In this document: piece by piece, positions 24,810 through 32,000 of the stretch
How the letters are laid out: every line of letters begins with the position of its first letter
Numbering within the stretch: position 1 is the first letter of the stretch
From: Breznakia blatticola
GTDB lineage: Bacteria > Bacillota_I > Bacilli_A > Erysipelotrichales > Erysipelotrichaceae
Assembly (NCBI RefSeq): GCF_004365815.1
Contig: NZ_SODD01000020.1
Location: 5,810 to 37,809, forward strand
Direction of reading: 5' to 3'
DNA: 32,000 nucleotides
Position numbers and translations under genes: made by a program
The notes under the pieces: generated by a model
Seen by the model: only the letters and a program-made list of their open reading frames with translations
Database searches by the model: none
What the model was told of the DNA's origin: nothing

Positions 24810-24837
24810 TTGACAAGATACACTGGATTGTTATATT
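24810..24837 (+). promoter_or_regulatory. Strong sigma-A promoter of the str operon (rpsL-rpsG-fusA-tuf)
   Basis: TTGACA (24810-24815), a 16 nt spacer, then TATATT (24832-24837) with an extended -10 TGT at 24829-24831. Confidence 0.7.
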
Positions 24838-24930
24838 ATGAACAAGCTAGTGGGTTCCAGTGATGGAACATTTATTATGCCAAAGGATGGCACACCCGGA
24901 AATGTGTGCTTAGATTTGAAAGGAGAAATT

Positions 24931-25347
24931 ATGCCTACTATTAATCAATTAGTAAGAAAAGGTCGTCAAGACAAAGTTTGGGTTACAAAATCACCTGCTT
25001 TAAACAGAGGTTACAACTCTTTACGTTCTCGTCCAACAAAACAAGCTGCACCACAAAAACGTGGAGTATGTACTCGTGTTGGTACAATGACGCCAAAGAA
25101 ACCAAACTCTGCATTACGTAAATATGCTCGTGTTCGTTTATCAAACGGAATGGAAGTAACTGCGTACATCGGTGGAATCGGTCACAACCTTCAAGAACAC
25201 AGTGTTGTGCTTATCCGTGGAGGACGTGTTAAGGATTTACCAGGGGTACGTTACCACATCGTTCGTGGAACACTTGACTGTGCTGGAGTTAATGACCGTA
25301 ATCAATCAAGATCTTTATACGGTACGAAAAAACCAAAAGCGAAATAG
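24931..25347 (+). CDS. rpsL: 30S ribosomal protein S12
   Basis: The true start is the ATG at 24931 (RBS AAAGGAG), which gives [13 protein letters not shown]. The 31 extra codons in the track ORF (from 24838) overlap the promoter and leader. Confidence 0.97.
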   Translation: MPTINQLVRKGRQDKVWVTKSPALNRGYNSLRSRPTKQAAPQKRGVCTRVGTMTPKKPNSALRKYARVRLSNGMEVTAYIGGIGHNLQEHSVVLIRGGRVKDLPGVRYHIVRGTLDCAGVNDRNQSRSLYGTKKPKAK

Positions 25348-25376
25348 TCGCAAACTAAGAAGAAGGAGGAAATACT

Positions 25377-25847
25377 ATGCCTAGAAAAGGACATGTCCCT
25401 AAACGTGATGTATTGGTCGATCCAATTTACAACTCGAAATTAGTTACTCGCTTAATTAATAAGATCATGGTAGATGGGAAAAGAGGAGTTGCTCAAACAA
25501 TTCTTTACAATGCATTCGATATTATCGAAGTAAAAACAGAAAAGAAACCAATGGAAGTATTTGAAGCTGCGTTAGAAAACGTTATGCCAATGTTAGAACT
25601 TAAAGCACGCCGTGTTGGGGGATCTAACTACCAAGTACCAGTTGAAGTTTCTGCTGAAAGACGTTTAACATTAGGACTTCGTTGGATCGTAAACTACGCT
25701 CGTTTACGTAACGAAAAAACAATGGAACAAAGATTAGCTGCTGAAATCATGGATGCAGCTGAAGGAAATGGAGCTTCAGTTAAGAAACGCGAAGATATCC
25801 ACAAAATGGCAGAAGCAAACAAAATGTTTGCTCATTACCGTTGGTAG
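25377..25847 (+). CDS. rpsG: 30S ribosomal protein S7
   Basis: [38 protein letters not shown] is canonical S7. Confidence 0.97.
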   Translation: MPRKGHVPKRDVLVDPIYNSKLVTRLINKIMVDGKRGVAQTILYNAFDIIEVKTEKKPMEVFEAALENVMPMLELKARRVGGSNYQVPVEVSAERRLTLGLRWIVNYARLRNEKTMEQRLAAEIMDAAEGNGASVKKREDIHKMAEANKMFAHYRW

Positions 25848-25859
25848 GAGGTTATTTAT

Positions 25860-27932
25860 ATGGCTCGCGAATTTAGTCTACAAAACACTCGTAACATCGG
25901 TATCATGGCTCACATCGATGCCGGAAAAACTACTTGTACAGAACGTATTTTGTACTATACAGGGGTAAACCACAAAATTGGAGAAACTCACGATGGAGCT
26001 TCTACAATGGACTGGATGGAACAAGAAAAAGAACGTGGGATCACAATTACTAGTGCGGCTACTACAGCTCACTGGAAAGGTCACCGTATTAACATTATCG
26101 ATACTCCGGGTCACGTTGACTTCACTGTAGAAGTTGAACGTTCACTACGTGTATTAGATGGTGCTGTAACTGTTCTTGATGCAAAAGCTGGGGTTGAACC
26201 TCAAACAGAAACTGTTTGGCGTCAAGCAACAACTTATGGAGTTCCTCGTATTGTATTCTGTAACAAAATGGATGCAACAGGGGCAGACTTCGAAATGAGT
26301 GTAAACACAATTAAGGATCGTTTAGGAGCAAAAACTGCACCTATCCAATTCCCAATTGGGGCAGAAGCTAACTTCACTGGTATCATTGATATCGTTGAAA
26401 TGAAAGCTTATAACTACACAAATGACTTAGGAACAGATATTGAAGAAATTGAAATTCCTGCTGATTTAAAAGACAAATGTGAAGCATTACACCAAGAATT
26501 AGTAGAAACAGTTGCTGATTTTGATGATGACATGATGATGATGGTTCTTGAAGGAGAACAACCATCTCTTGAACAATTAAAAGAAGCAATCCGTAAAGCA
26601 ACAATCACTGGTGAATTCTTCCCAGTATTATGTGGATCTGCATACAAAAACAAAGGGGTTCAATTACTTCTTGATGCAGTTCTTGCATACTTACCTTCAC
26701 CAGTTGATGTACCTGCAATTACAGGTGTTACACCAGACGGTGAAGAACAAGTACGTGAATCAAGTGATAGTGCACCATTTAGTGCGTTAGCATTTAAAAT
26801 CGCTGTTGACCCATTCGTAGGTAAATTATCTTACTTCCGTGTGTACTCAGGAACAGCAAAAAGTGGAACTTACGTATTGAATGCAACGAAGGGTAAAAAA
26901 GAACGTTTCGGACGTATTCTTCAAATGCACTCAAACGAACGTAAAGAAATCTCTGAAGTTTATGCTGGAGATATCGCTGCAGCTGTTGGTCTTAAAGATA
27001 CAACTACTGGAGATACTCTATGTGCAGAAAACGCACCAATCGTTCTTGAATCAATGGTCTTCCCAGAGCCAGTTATCCGTGTTGCGGTAGAACCTAAATC
27101 AAAAGGTGACCAAGACAAAATGGGACTTGCTCTTGCAAAACTTGCTGAAGAAGATCCAACATTCAAAACATACACTGATGATGAAACGGGACAAACAATC
27201 ATCGCTGGAGTTGGGGAATTACACCTTGACATCATCGTTGACCGTATGAAACGTGAGTTTAAAGTAGAAGCAAACATTGGGGCACCTCAAGTTGCTTACC
27301 GTGAAACAATCCGCAAAGAAGCAGAATGTGAAGGGAAATACATTAAACAATCAGGTGGACGTGGACAATATGGACACGTTTGGATTCGCTTTGCACCAAA
27401 CCCTGACAAAGGATTTGAGTTCGAAGATAAAACAGTTGGTGGATCAGTTCCAAGAGAATACATCAAAGCTGTTGGTGAAGGGGTTGAAGCTGCTTTACAC
27501 AACGGTATGTTAGCTGGATACGAAGTTATTGACTTGAAAGCAACATTATTCGATGGATCTTACCACGATGTCGATTCAAGTGAAATGGCATATAAGATCG
27601 CTGCATCTATGGCACTTAAAGAAGCTGCTAAGAAATGTGATCCTGTCTTACTTGAACCAATCATGGAAGTTGAAGTTACTGCACCATCTGAATACCTTGG
27701 ATCAGTTATGGGAGACGTTAGCTCTCGTCGTGGTATGATCGATGGTCAAGAAGAAAGAGGAAATGCGATTTCAGTTAAAGCAAGTATTCCACTTTCTGAA
27801 ATGTTCGGATACGTTACTGACTTACGTGGATTTACACAAGGTCGTGGTAACTATTCAATGAAGTTTGCTCGCTATGCTGAAGTACCAAAAAGCATTAGTG
27901 AAAAAATCATGAAAGAACGCGCTGCTGCGTAA
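25860..27932 (+). CDS. fusA: Elongation factor G
   Basis: RBS AGGAGG. It has the G1 motif AHIDAGKTT and DTPGHVDF, and its length of 690 aa fits. Confidence 0.98.
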   Translation: MAREFSLQNTRNIGIMAHIDAGKTTCTERILYYTGVNHKIGETHDGASTMDWMEQEKERGITITSAATTAHWKGHRINIIDTPGHVDFTVEVERSLRVLDGAVTVLDAKAGVEPQTETVWRQATTYGVPRIVFCNKMDATGADFEMSVNTIKDRLGAKTAPIQFPIGAEANFTGIIDIVEMKAYNYTNDLGTDIEEIEIPADLKDKCEALHQELVETVADFDDDMMMMVLEGEQPSLEQLKEAIRKATITGEFFPVLCGSAYKNKGVQLLLDAVLAYLPSPVDVPAITGVTPDGEEQVRESSDSAPFSALAFKIAVDPFVGKLSYFRVYSGTAKSGTYVLNATKGKKERFGRILQMHSNERKEISEVYAGDIAAAVGLKDTTTGDTLCAENAPIVLESMVFPEPVIRVAVEPKSKGDQDKMGLALAKLAEEDPTFKTYTDDETGQTIIAGVGELHLDIIVDRMKREFKVEANIGAPQVAYRETIRKEAECEGKYIKQSGGRGQYGHVWIRFAPNPDKGFEFEDKTVGGSVPREYIKAVGEGVEAALHNGMLAGYEVIDLKATLFDGSYHDVDSSEMAYKIAASMALKEAAKKCDPVLLEPIMEVEVTAPSEYLGSVMGDVSSRRGMIDGQEERGNAISVKASIPLSEMFGYVTDLRGFTQGRGNYSMKFARYAEVPKSISEKIMKERAAA

Positions 27933-27965
27933 TCTTTCTTGCAATTGATTTATTGTTTTAACATA

Positions 27966-27994
27966 TTGCTTTTCTTAGTAACATGATTTAAAAT
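27966..27994 (+). promoter_or_regulatory. Candidate internal promoter for tuf
   Basis: TTGCTT (27966-27971), a 17 nt spacer, then TAAAAT (27989-27994), within the 123 nt fusA-tuf spacer. Confidence 0.4.
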
Positions 27995-28055
27995 GATAAA
28001 GGATAACGAAAATTCGATATTTTTAAATGTACTTAAAATTAGGAGGAAATGAAAA

Positions 28056-29240
28056 ATGTCTAAACAAAAGTTCGATAGATCGAAAACTCACGTTAATATT
28101 GGGACTATTGGTCACGTTGACCACGGTAAAACAACATTAACTGCAGCTATTACAAACGTATTAGCAAAAACAGGAAACGCTGAAGCACAAGCTTATGACC
28201 AAATTGATGGAGCACCTGAAGAAAAAGAACGTGGAATTACAATTAACACGGCTCACGTTGAGTACCAAACAGAAAAACGTCACTACGCGCACGTTGACTG
28301 CCCAGGTCACGCCGACTACGTAAAAAACATGATCACTGGGGCTGCACAAATGGATGGAGCAATCTTAGTTGTTGCTGCTACAGATGGACCTATGCCACAA
28401 ACTCGTGAACACATCCTTCTTGCTAACCAAGTTGGTGTAGAAAAAATCGTTGTGTTCTTAAACAAATGTGACATGGTTGATGACGAAGAATTAATTGACC
28501 TTGTTGAAATGGAAGTTCGTGAATTATTAAGCGAATACAACTTCGATGGAGATAACGCTCCAGTTATCCGCGGATCTGCTTTAAAAGCACTTCAAGGAGA
28601 AGAAGCTTGGGTTGGAAAAATTACAGAACTTATGGATGCAGTAGATGCATACATTCCTGATCCAACTCGTGAAACTGACAAACCATTCCTTATGTCAGTG
28701 GAAGACGTATTCACAATCACAGGTCGTGGTACAGTTGCTACTGGACGTGTTGAACGTGGACAATTAAACATCAACGAAGAAGTTGAAATCGTTGGTATTA
28801 AAGACACTAAGAAAACAGTTGTTACTGGAATCGAAATGTTCCGTAAACTTCTTGACTTCGCTGAAGCTGGAGATAACATTGGAGCATTATTACGTGGGGT
28901 TAACCGTGACGAAATCGTTCGTGGACAAATCCTTTGTAAACCTGGAAGTGTAACTCCTCACACTACTTTTAAAGCACAAGTATATGTACTTTCAAAAGAA
29001 GAAGGTGGACGTCACACACCATTCGTTTCTAACTACCGTCCTCAATTCTACTTCCGTACTACAGATGTTACTGGAGTAATCACATTACCAGAAGGAACTG
29101 AAATGGTTATGCCTGGTGATAACGTAGAAATGAGCGTTGAACTTATTGCGCCAATCGCGATCGAACAAGGAACTAAATTCTCAATTCGTGAAGGTGGACG
29201 TACAGTAGGTGCTGGAAACGTTACTGAAATTATTAAATAA
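28056..29240 (+). CDS. tuf: Elongation factor Tu
   Basis: RBS AGGAGG. It has the motifs [18 protein letters not shown] and NKCD, and its length of 394 aa fits. Confidence 0.98.
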   Translation: MSKQKFDRSKTHVNIGTIGHVDHGKTTLTAAITNVLAKTGNAEAQAYDQIDGAPEEKERGITINTAHVEYQTEKRHYAHVDCPGHADYVKNMITGAAQMDGAILVVAATDGPMPQTREHILLANQVGVEKIVVFLNKCDMVDDEELIDLVEMEVRELLSEYNFDGDNAPVIRGSALKALQGEEAWVGKITELMDAVDAYIPDPTRETDKPFLMSVEDVFTITGRGTVATGRVERGQLNINEEVEIVGIKDTKKTVVTGIEMFRKLLDFAEAGDNIGALLRGVNRDEIVRGQILCKPGSVTPHTTFKAQVYVLSKEEGGRHTPFVSNYRPQFYFRTTDVTGVITLPEGTEMVMPGDNVEMSVELIAPIAIEQGTKFSIREGGRTVGAGNVTEIIK

Positions 29241-29262
29241 TTTTAGTCTTATCACAAAATCT

Positions 29263-29288
29263 AAAAAGTCGCGCAAGCGGCTTTTTTT
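29263..29288 (+). terminator. Intrinsic terminator after tuf
   Basis: AAAAAGTCGC (29263-29272), a GCAA tetraloop, then GCGGCTTTTT (29277-29286) with one G-U pair. The A-tract and T-tract flanks give it a bidirectional look. Confidence 0.8.
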
Positions 29289-29358
29289 CTGTATGGAATA
29301 CTAAAGATATTTCGTATTTGCATATTTTTCGCTATAATAAAGTGTAGAGGGAACGAAA

Positions 29359-30783
29359 ATGAAACAAAAATGGATACTGTGTGTGGTGTGTGCATTACTT
29401 GTCATGATTACAGGGTGTGACAAAGGAAGAGAAGAGCACTATACGAAAGAAGAAGCACTGTCATATTTAAAAGATGCATATGACGAAACATTTACATATG
29501 TAAGTGAAGATAAAGTAAATAATGAAATCATCTATACCTTCACACCAGAGAAACGTAAAAACTTACAAATACAAGTCACAAGTCATAAGGCAAGTGGTGG
29601 ACTATTTGGTTGTGCAGGAAGTGGCTGTGAATACATTTTGGATGATGACTACAAAGATGTAAGTATAAAATGGGAACTTGAACAGCAAAAACAAAACTTG
29701 TTAAGTGAACAAGCATATGTAGATGAATCAAATACATCTATCTATATGATGTATACTGCATATCATGAAATTGAAAATAAGGTGGATTATGCCAAGCGAA
29801 TATATACACAAGTAAATGAAGGTCTGCCTAAGGGAGCAAATATTCCTGTAAAACTGCAATATGAAAAGGATGCATTCAAACATCTATTTCCTGATGTGTA
29901 TATTATGCGTGAAGATTTAGATACAAAAATAACAAGTGAAGAAATACAAACTGCATATGTGCAAAAAATCGTGCAATATCGTTTGGAAGATACAAGTATT
30001 CCAAATTCGAAGTTAAGTGAAGCAAGAGATAAAACTCAAGAAGTTCACATTCAATATCATGATTCATATAAACGATATACACTAAGTGGATCTAAAGATG
30101 TCACGTATGGGATACTATTTGAAATCTTTCAGGAAATTGAGTATAACGAACATTTAGGTTATGGAATTGCAGGAACAAATCAAGATTATACGATTACGTA
30201 TAATGGCGATATATATCATTTTAGTTATGATTTTTACGATAAAGATGGAAGCTACTATCTAGAAAATGATGTGAAGATACCTACCAATGATTTTACAGTG
30301 AATAAAGTTGCAGGAATTAGCATATCTTCATTAACTGATAATGTTTGTATCATAAATGATGCTGGTGGAAAAACAAGTATCTGCTTTGATCAAAAAGATC
30401 AACAATATGTCCTAAAAGTTGGTAGCAATATTACGACTGCTTATCATTTTGTTGCTGGACTAGATTATGTAATCGAATATCCAAGTAACTGTTCAGGTAT
30501 ATGTCTAGATGAAGATAAGGAAAACTACAAGAAATATCAAAAACTTGAAAAAGATTTTGGTTCTTCACTTGTCTCGTATACAGTTTATGAAATTGATGGA
30601 AATACATACATCATCGATGACTCATTTGCAGATAAAAAAGGTCTCTACTATTATTTCAATAATGAGAAGACATATTTACCAAATTCAAAAGAGTATTTGT
30701 CTTTAGAAAACATGGAAGAATTATTTTCGTGTACAATCACATATCATGAAAATACCAATACGTTTTCGATGCAAAGAAAATAG
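29359..30783 (+). CDS. Hypothetical lipoprotein with no recognisable family
   Basis: The signal peptide has a lipobox, MKQKWILCVVCALLVMITG|C. TATAAT at 29333-29338 lies upstream. The mature 454 aa protein is Tyr/Asp/Glu-rich and contains an internal ~33 aa repeat. Confidence 0.7.
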   Translation: MKQKWILCVVCALLVMITGCDKGREEHYTKEEALSYLKDAYDETFTYVSEDKVNNEIIYTFTPEKRKNLQIQVTSHKASGGLFGCAGSGCEYILDDDYKDVSIKWELEQQKQNLLSEQAYVDESNTSIYMMYTAYHEIENKVDYAKRIYTQVNEGLPKGANIPVKLQYEKDAFKHLFPDVYIMREDLDTKITSEEIQTAYVQKIVQYRLEDTSIPNSKLSEARDKTQEVHIQYHDSYKRYTLSGSKDVTYGILFEIFQEIEYNEHLGYGIAGTNQDYTITYNGDIYHFSYDFYDKDGSYYLENDVKIPTNDFTVNKVAGISISSLTDNVCIINDAGGKTSICFDQKDQQYVLKVGSNITTAYHFVAGLDYVIEYPSNCSGICLDEDKENYKKYQKLEKDFGSSLVSYTVYEIDGNTYIIDDSFADKKGLYYYFNNEKTYLPNSKEYLSLENMEELFSCTITYHENTNTFSMQRK

Positions 30784-30787
30784 GTTT

Positions 30788-30823
30788 GAAAACGACATCA
30801 AGAAATTGGTGTTGTTTTTATTT
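30788..30823 (+). terminator. Intrinsic terminator of the lipoprotein gene (also the intron target site)
   Basis: AACGACATCA (30791-30800) pairs with TGGTGTTGTT (30807-30816), giving 10 bp with two G-U pairs. The loop is AGAAAT. The stem can extend into A/T pairs. The T-tract TTTTATTT (30816-30823) runs straight into the intron 5' end. Confidence 0.7.
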
Positions 30824-31910
30824 GTGTGCCAGGCATGGTGCATATCTAGTTGGTGAAAGTCCAACCGCAGGTGTTACCGCTAAGCGTAGCGAACCACAAG
30901 CCGAAGTCGGTGACGACGGGGTGAAGGAAGTGGGGAAGCAAGTCTTTCGAGCCTACGAACAGAAACTTGATATAAGGCTAAATGGTGGATAAGGGTGCAA
31001 ATCAAACCGAAGTCCAAAGGGTAAACGTAAACCAAGACAGTAAATCAAGAGGTTGTGAAAGTGAAAAAGATATGTATCTTACCCTGGGATACCTTACGGA
31101 CGAATAAGTACGAAAGCTTTAACACAGTAATCGTTAAATGGGTCGGTCGAAAAAGGTTTATCGTAAGGAGTCAGCTGAGGTCATAGTAGTTGTCATGCCT
31201 AGACAATGAAGGACTTAATGTATGTATAGTGTGAATCACTATGAGCAATGTTCAAATAGTCCGAAAATGAGAATACCAAGGAAAGGTGAAACGTAATCAC
31301 TGATTGGGAAAGTAATGGGGATGATTTTGAATACATCTACAAGTAGAGGAGGAACAGCGAATGAGATTAATTGAAGAAATGTTTACTAAAGAAAATGTAG
31401 AAAAGGCAATTAGGAAAGTCAAAAGTAACAAAGGCGCACCAGGAATCGATAAGATGAATGTGAGTGAAATTGATAGTTATTTCAAAGAGAATGGAAGAGA
31501 AATTATTAACTCCATTATGCAAATGAAATACAAACCAATGCCAGTACGACGAGTCTATATACCAAAAGGAAATGGTAAACAAAGACCATTGGGGATACCC
31601 GCAGTAGTAGATAGAGTTATTCAACAAGCAATTGCACAAAAACTTAGTGGAATCTATGAACCATGTTTTAGTGAACATAGTTTCGGTTTTCGCATGGGAA
31701 GAAGTGCACACGATGCAATGGAGAATGTACTTGATAGTCTTAACGAGGGGTATGAATGGGTCATAGATATGGATATCGAAAAATATTTTGATACAGTAAA
31801 TCATGATAAATTAATCTCAAAACTTAGAGAGCGAGTGAATGAAAAAGAAGTACTACATTTGATTCGTTCATTCTTGCGAGCAGGAATTATGGAGAATGGA
31901 CTTATTGTGC
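30824..31910 (+). mobile_element. Group II intron, class C (IIC)-like: 5' ribozyme domains plus the N-terminal part of the intron-encoded RT. The 3' part is missing or interrupted.
   Basis: It starts with GTGTG (GUGYG consensus). The 5' sequence is GUGUGCCAGGCAUGGUGCAUAUCUAGUUGGUGAAAGUCCAACC...GAAGGAAGUGGGGAAGCAAG...GAUAUAAGGCUAAAUGGUGGAU...CUUACCCUGGGA...GUCAGCUGAGGUCAUAGUAG. This closely resembles my recollection of the Oceanobacillus iheyensis IIC intron. There are 537 nt of structured RNA before the RT start. The 3' boundary is uncertain. Confidence 0.8.
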
Positions 31911-31969
31911 TTCGGCGCTTTATTCTAACCAAACGTAGTCACATTATTTCAACCAACAGCACCTTATGA
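31361..31969 (+). pseudogene. Group II intron reverse transcriptase/maturase, truncated after RT motif 4
   Basis: RBS GAGGAGG. RT0-RT4 are intact (KGAPGIDKM, VRRVYIPKGNGKQRPLGIPAVVDRVIQQA, SFGFRMGRSAHDA, VIDMDIEKYFDTVNHDKL). After ...RAGIMENGL (~31903) the expected GTPQGG and YADD motifs are absent in all three frames. The ORF runs into unrelated sequence and stops at 31967-31969. Confidence 0.75.
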
Positions 31970-32000
31970 AAGTCGAATTTAATTATCCTTTCTATATTTA

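Noticed and set aside
15072-24830. The possibility that the rpoC-rpsL accessory block is a mobile genomic island.
   Set aside because: No integrase, recombinase or transposase is present, there is no tRNA/tmRNA attachment site, and I could not see flanking direct repeats. It is retained only as a synteny observation.
24838-24930. A 31-codon N-terminal extension of S12 in the ORF track ([18 protein letters not shown]...).
   Set aside because: The extension starts inside the -10 region of the promoter and has no RBS. The canonical S12 N-terminus [11 protein letters not shown] begins at 24931 behind AAAGGAG.
30786-30992. A 68 aa + strand ORF just downstream of the lipoprotein gene.
   Set aside because: It overlaps the terminator and domain I of the group II intron ribozyme. 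Its higher GC and Gly/Val/Glu-rich translation reflect structured RNA, not coding sequence.
31367-31804. A 145 aa minus-strand ORF.
   Set aside because: It is antisense to the clearly recognisable reverse transcriptase coding region.
1-32000. A search for tRNA, rRNA, CRISPR arrays, tandem repeats, toxin-antitoxin pairs or defence-system genes.
   Set aside because: Intergenic regions are short and are accounted for by promoters, leaders and terminators. I saw no cloverleaf-like sequences, no regularly spaced repeats, and no small-gene pairs outside the annotated ORFs.

Overview
This window is a low-GC Firmicutes-type chromosome segment, and every supported gene lies on the + strand. The backbone is the conserved transcription/translation super-cluster known from Bacillus: rlmB, a sigH-like sigma factor, rpmG, secE, nusG, rplK-rplA, rplJ-rplL, a YbxB/RsmC-like methyltransferase, rpoB-rpoC, then rpsL-rpsG-fusA-tuf. 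Most units have readable sigma-A promoters, strong RBSs and intrinsic terminators. Three lineage-specific interruptions break the backbone. (1) An Fe-S L-serine dehydratase pair (sdaAB/sdaAA) sits between nusG and rplK. (2) A ~9.7 kb accessory block lies between rpoC and rpsL. It holds a HAD phosphatase, a LevR-family PRD/EIIA regulator co-operonic with a mannose-family PTS (EIIA, B, C, D) and an FrlB-type SIS deglycase, a MATE exporter and an orphan membrane protein. (3) Downstream of tuf there is an orphan lipoprotein, followed by a group IIC-like intron inserted directly after that gene's terminator; its reverse transcriptase ORF breaks off before the catalytic region. The points most worth follow-up are listed here. 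The LevR-like regulator has lost the GAFTGA and Walker-B motifs of its sigma-54 activator module, and I see no -24/-12 promoter. RpoB carries Asn at the E. coli His526-equivalent rifampicin-contact position and has about 200 extra residues. The intron shows terminator-targeted insertion and is truncated. I found no tRNA, rRNA, CRISPR array, integrase or transposase. The taxon guess (Erysipelotrichia or a relative of Mollicutes/Bacilli) is only an inference from gene order and RpoB features. I did not find a clearly new multi-gene system; the PTS/regulator locus is the best candidate for unusual biology.
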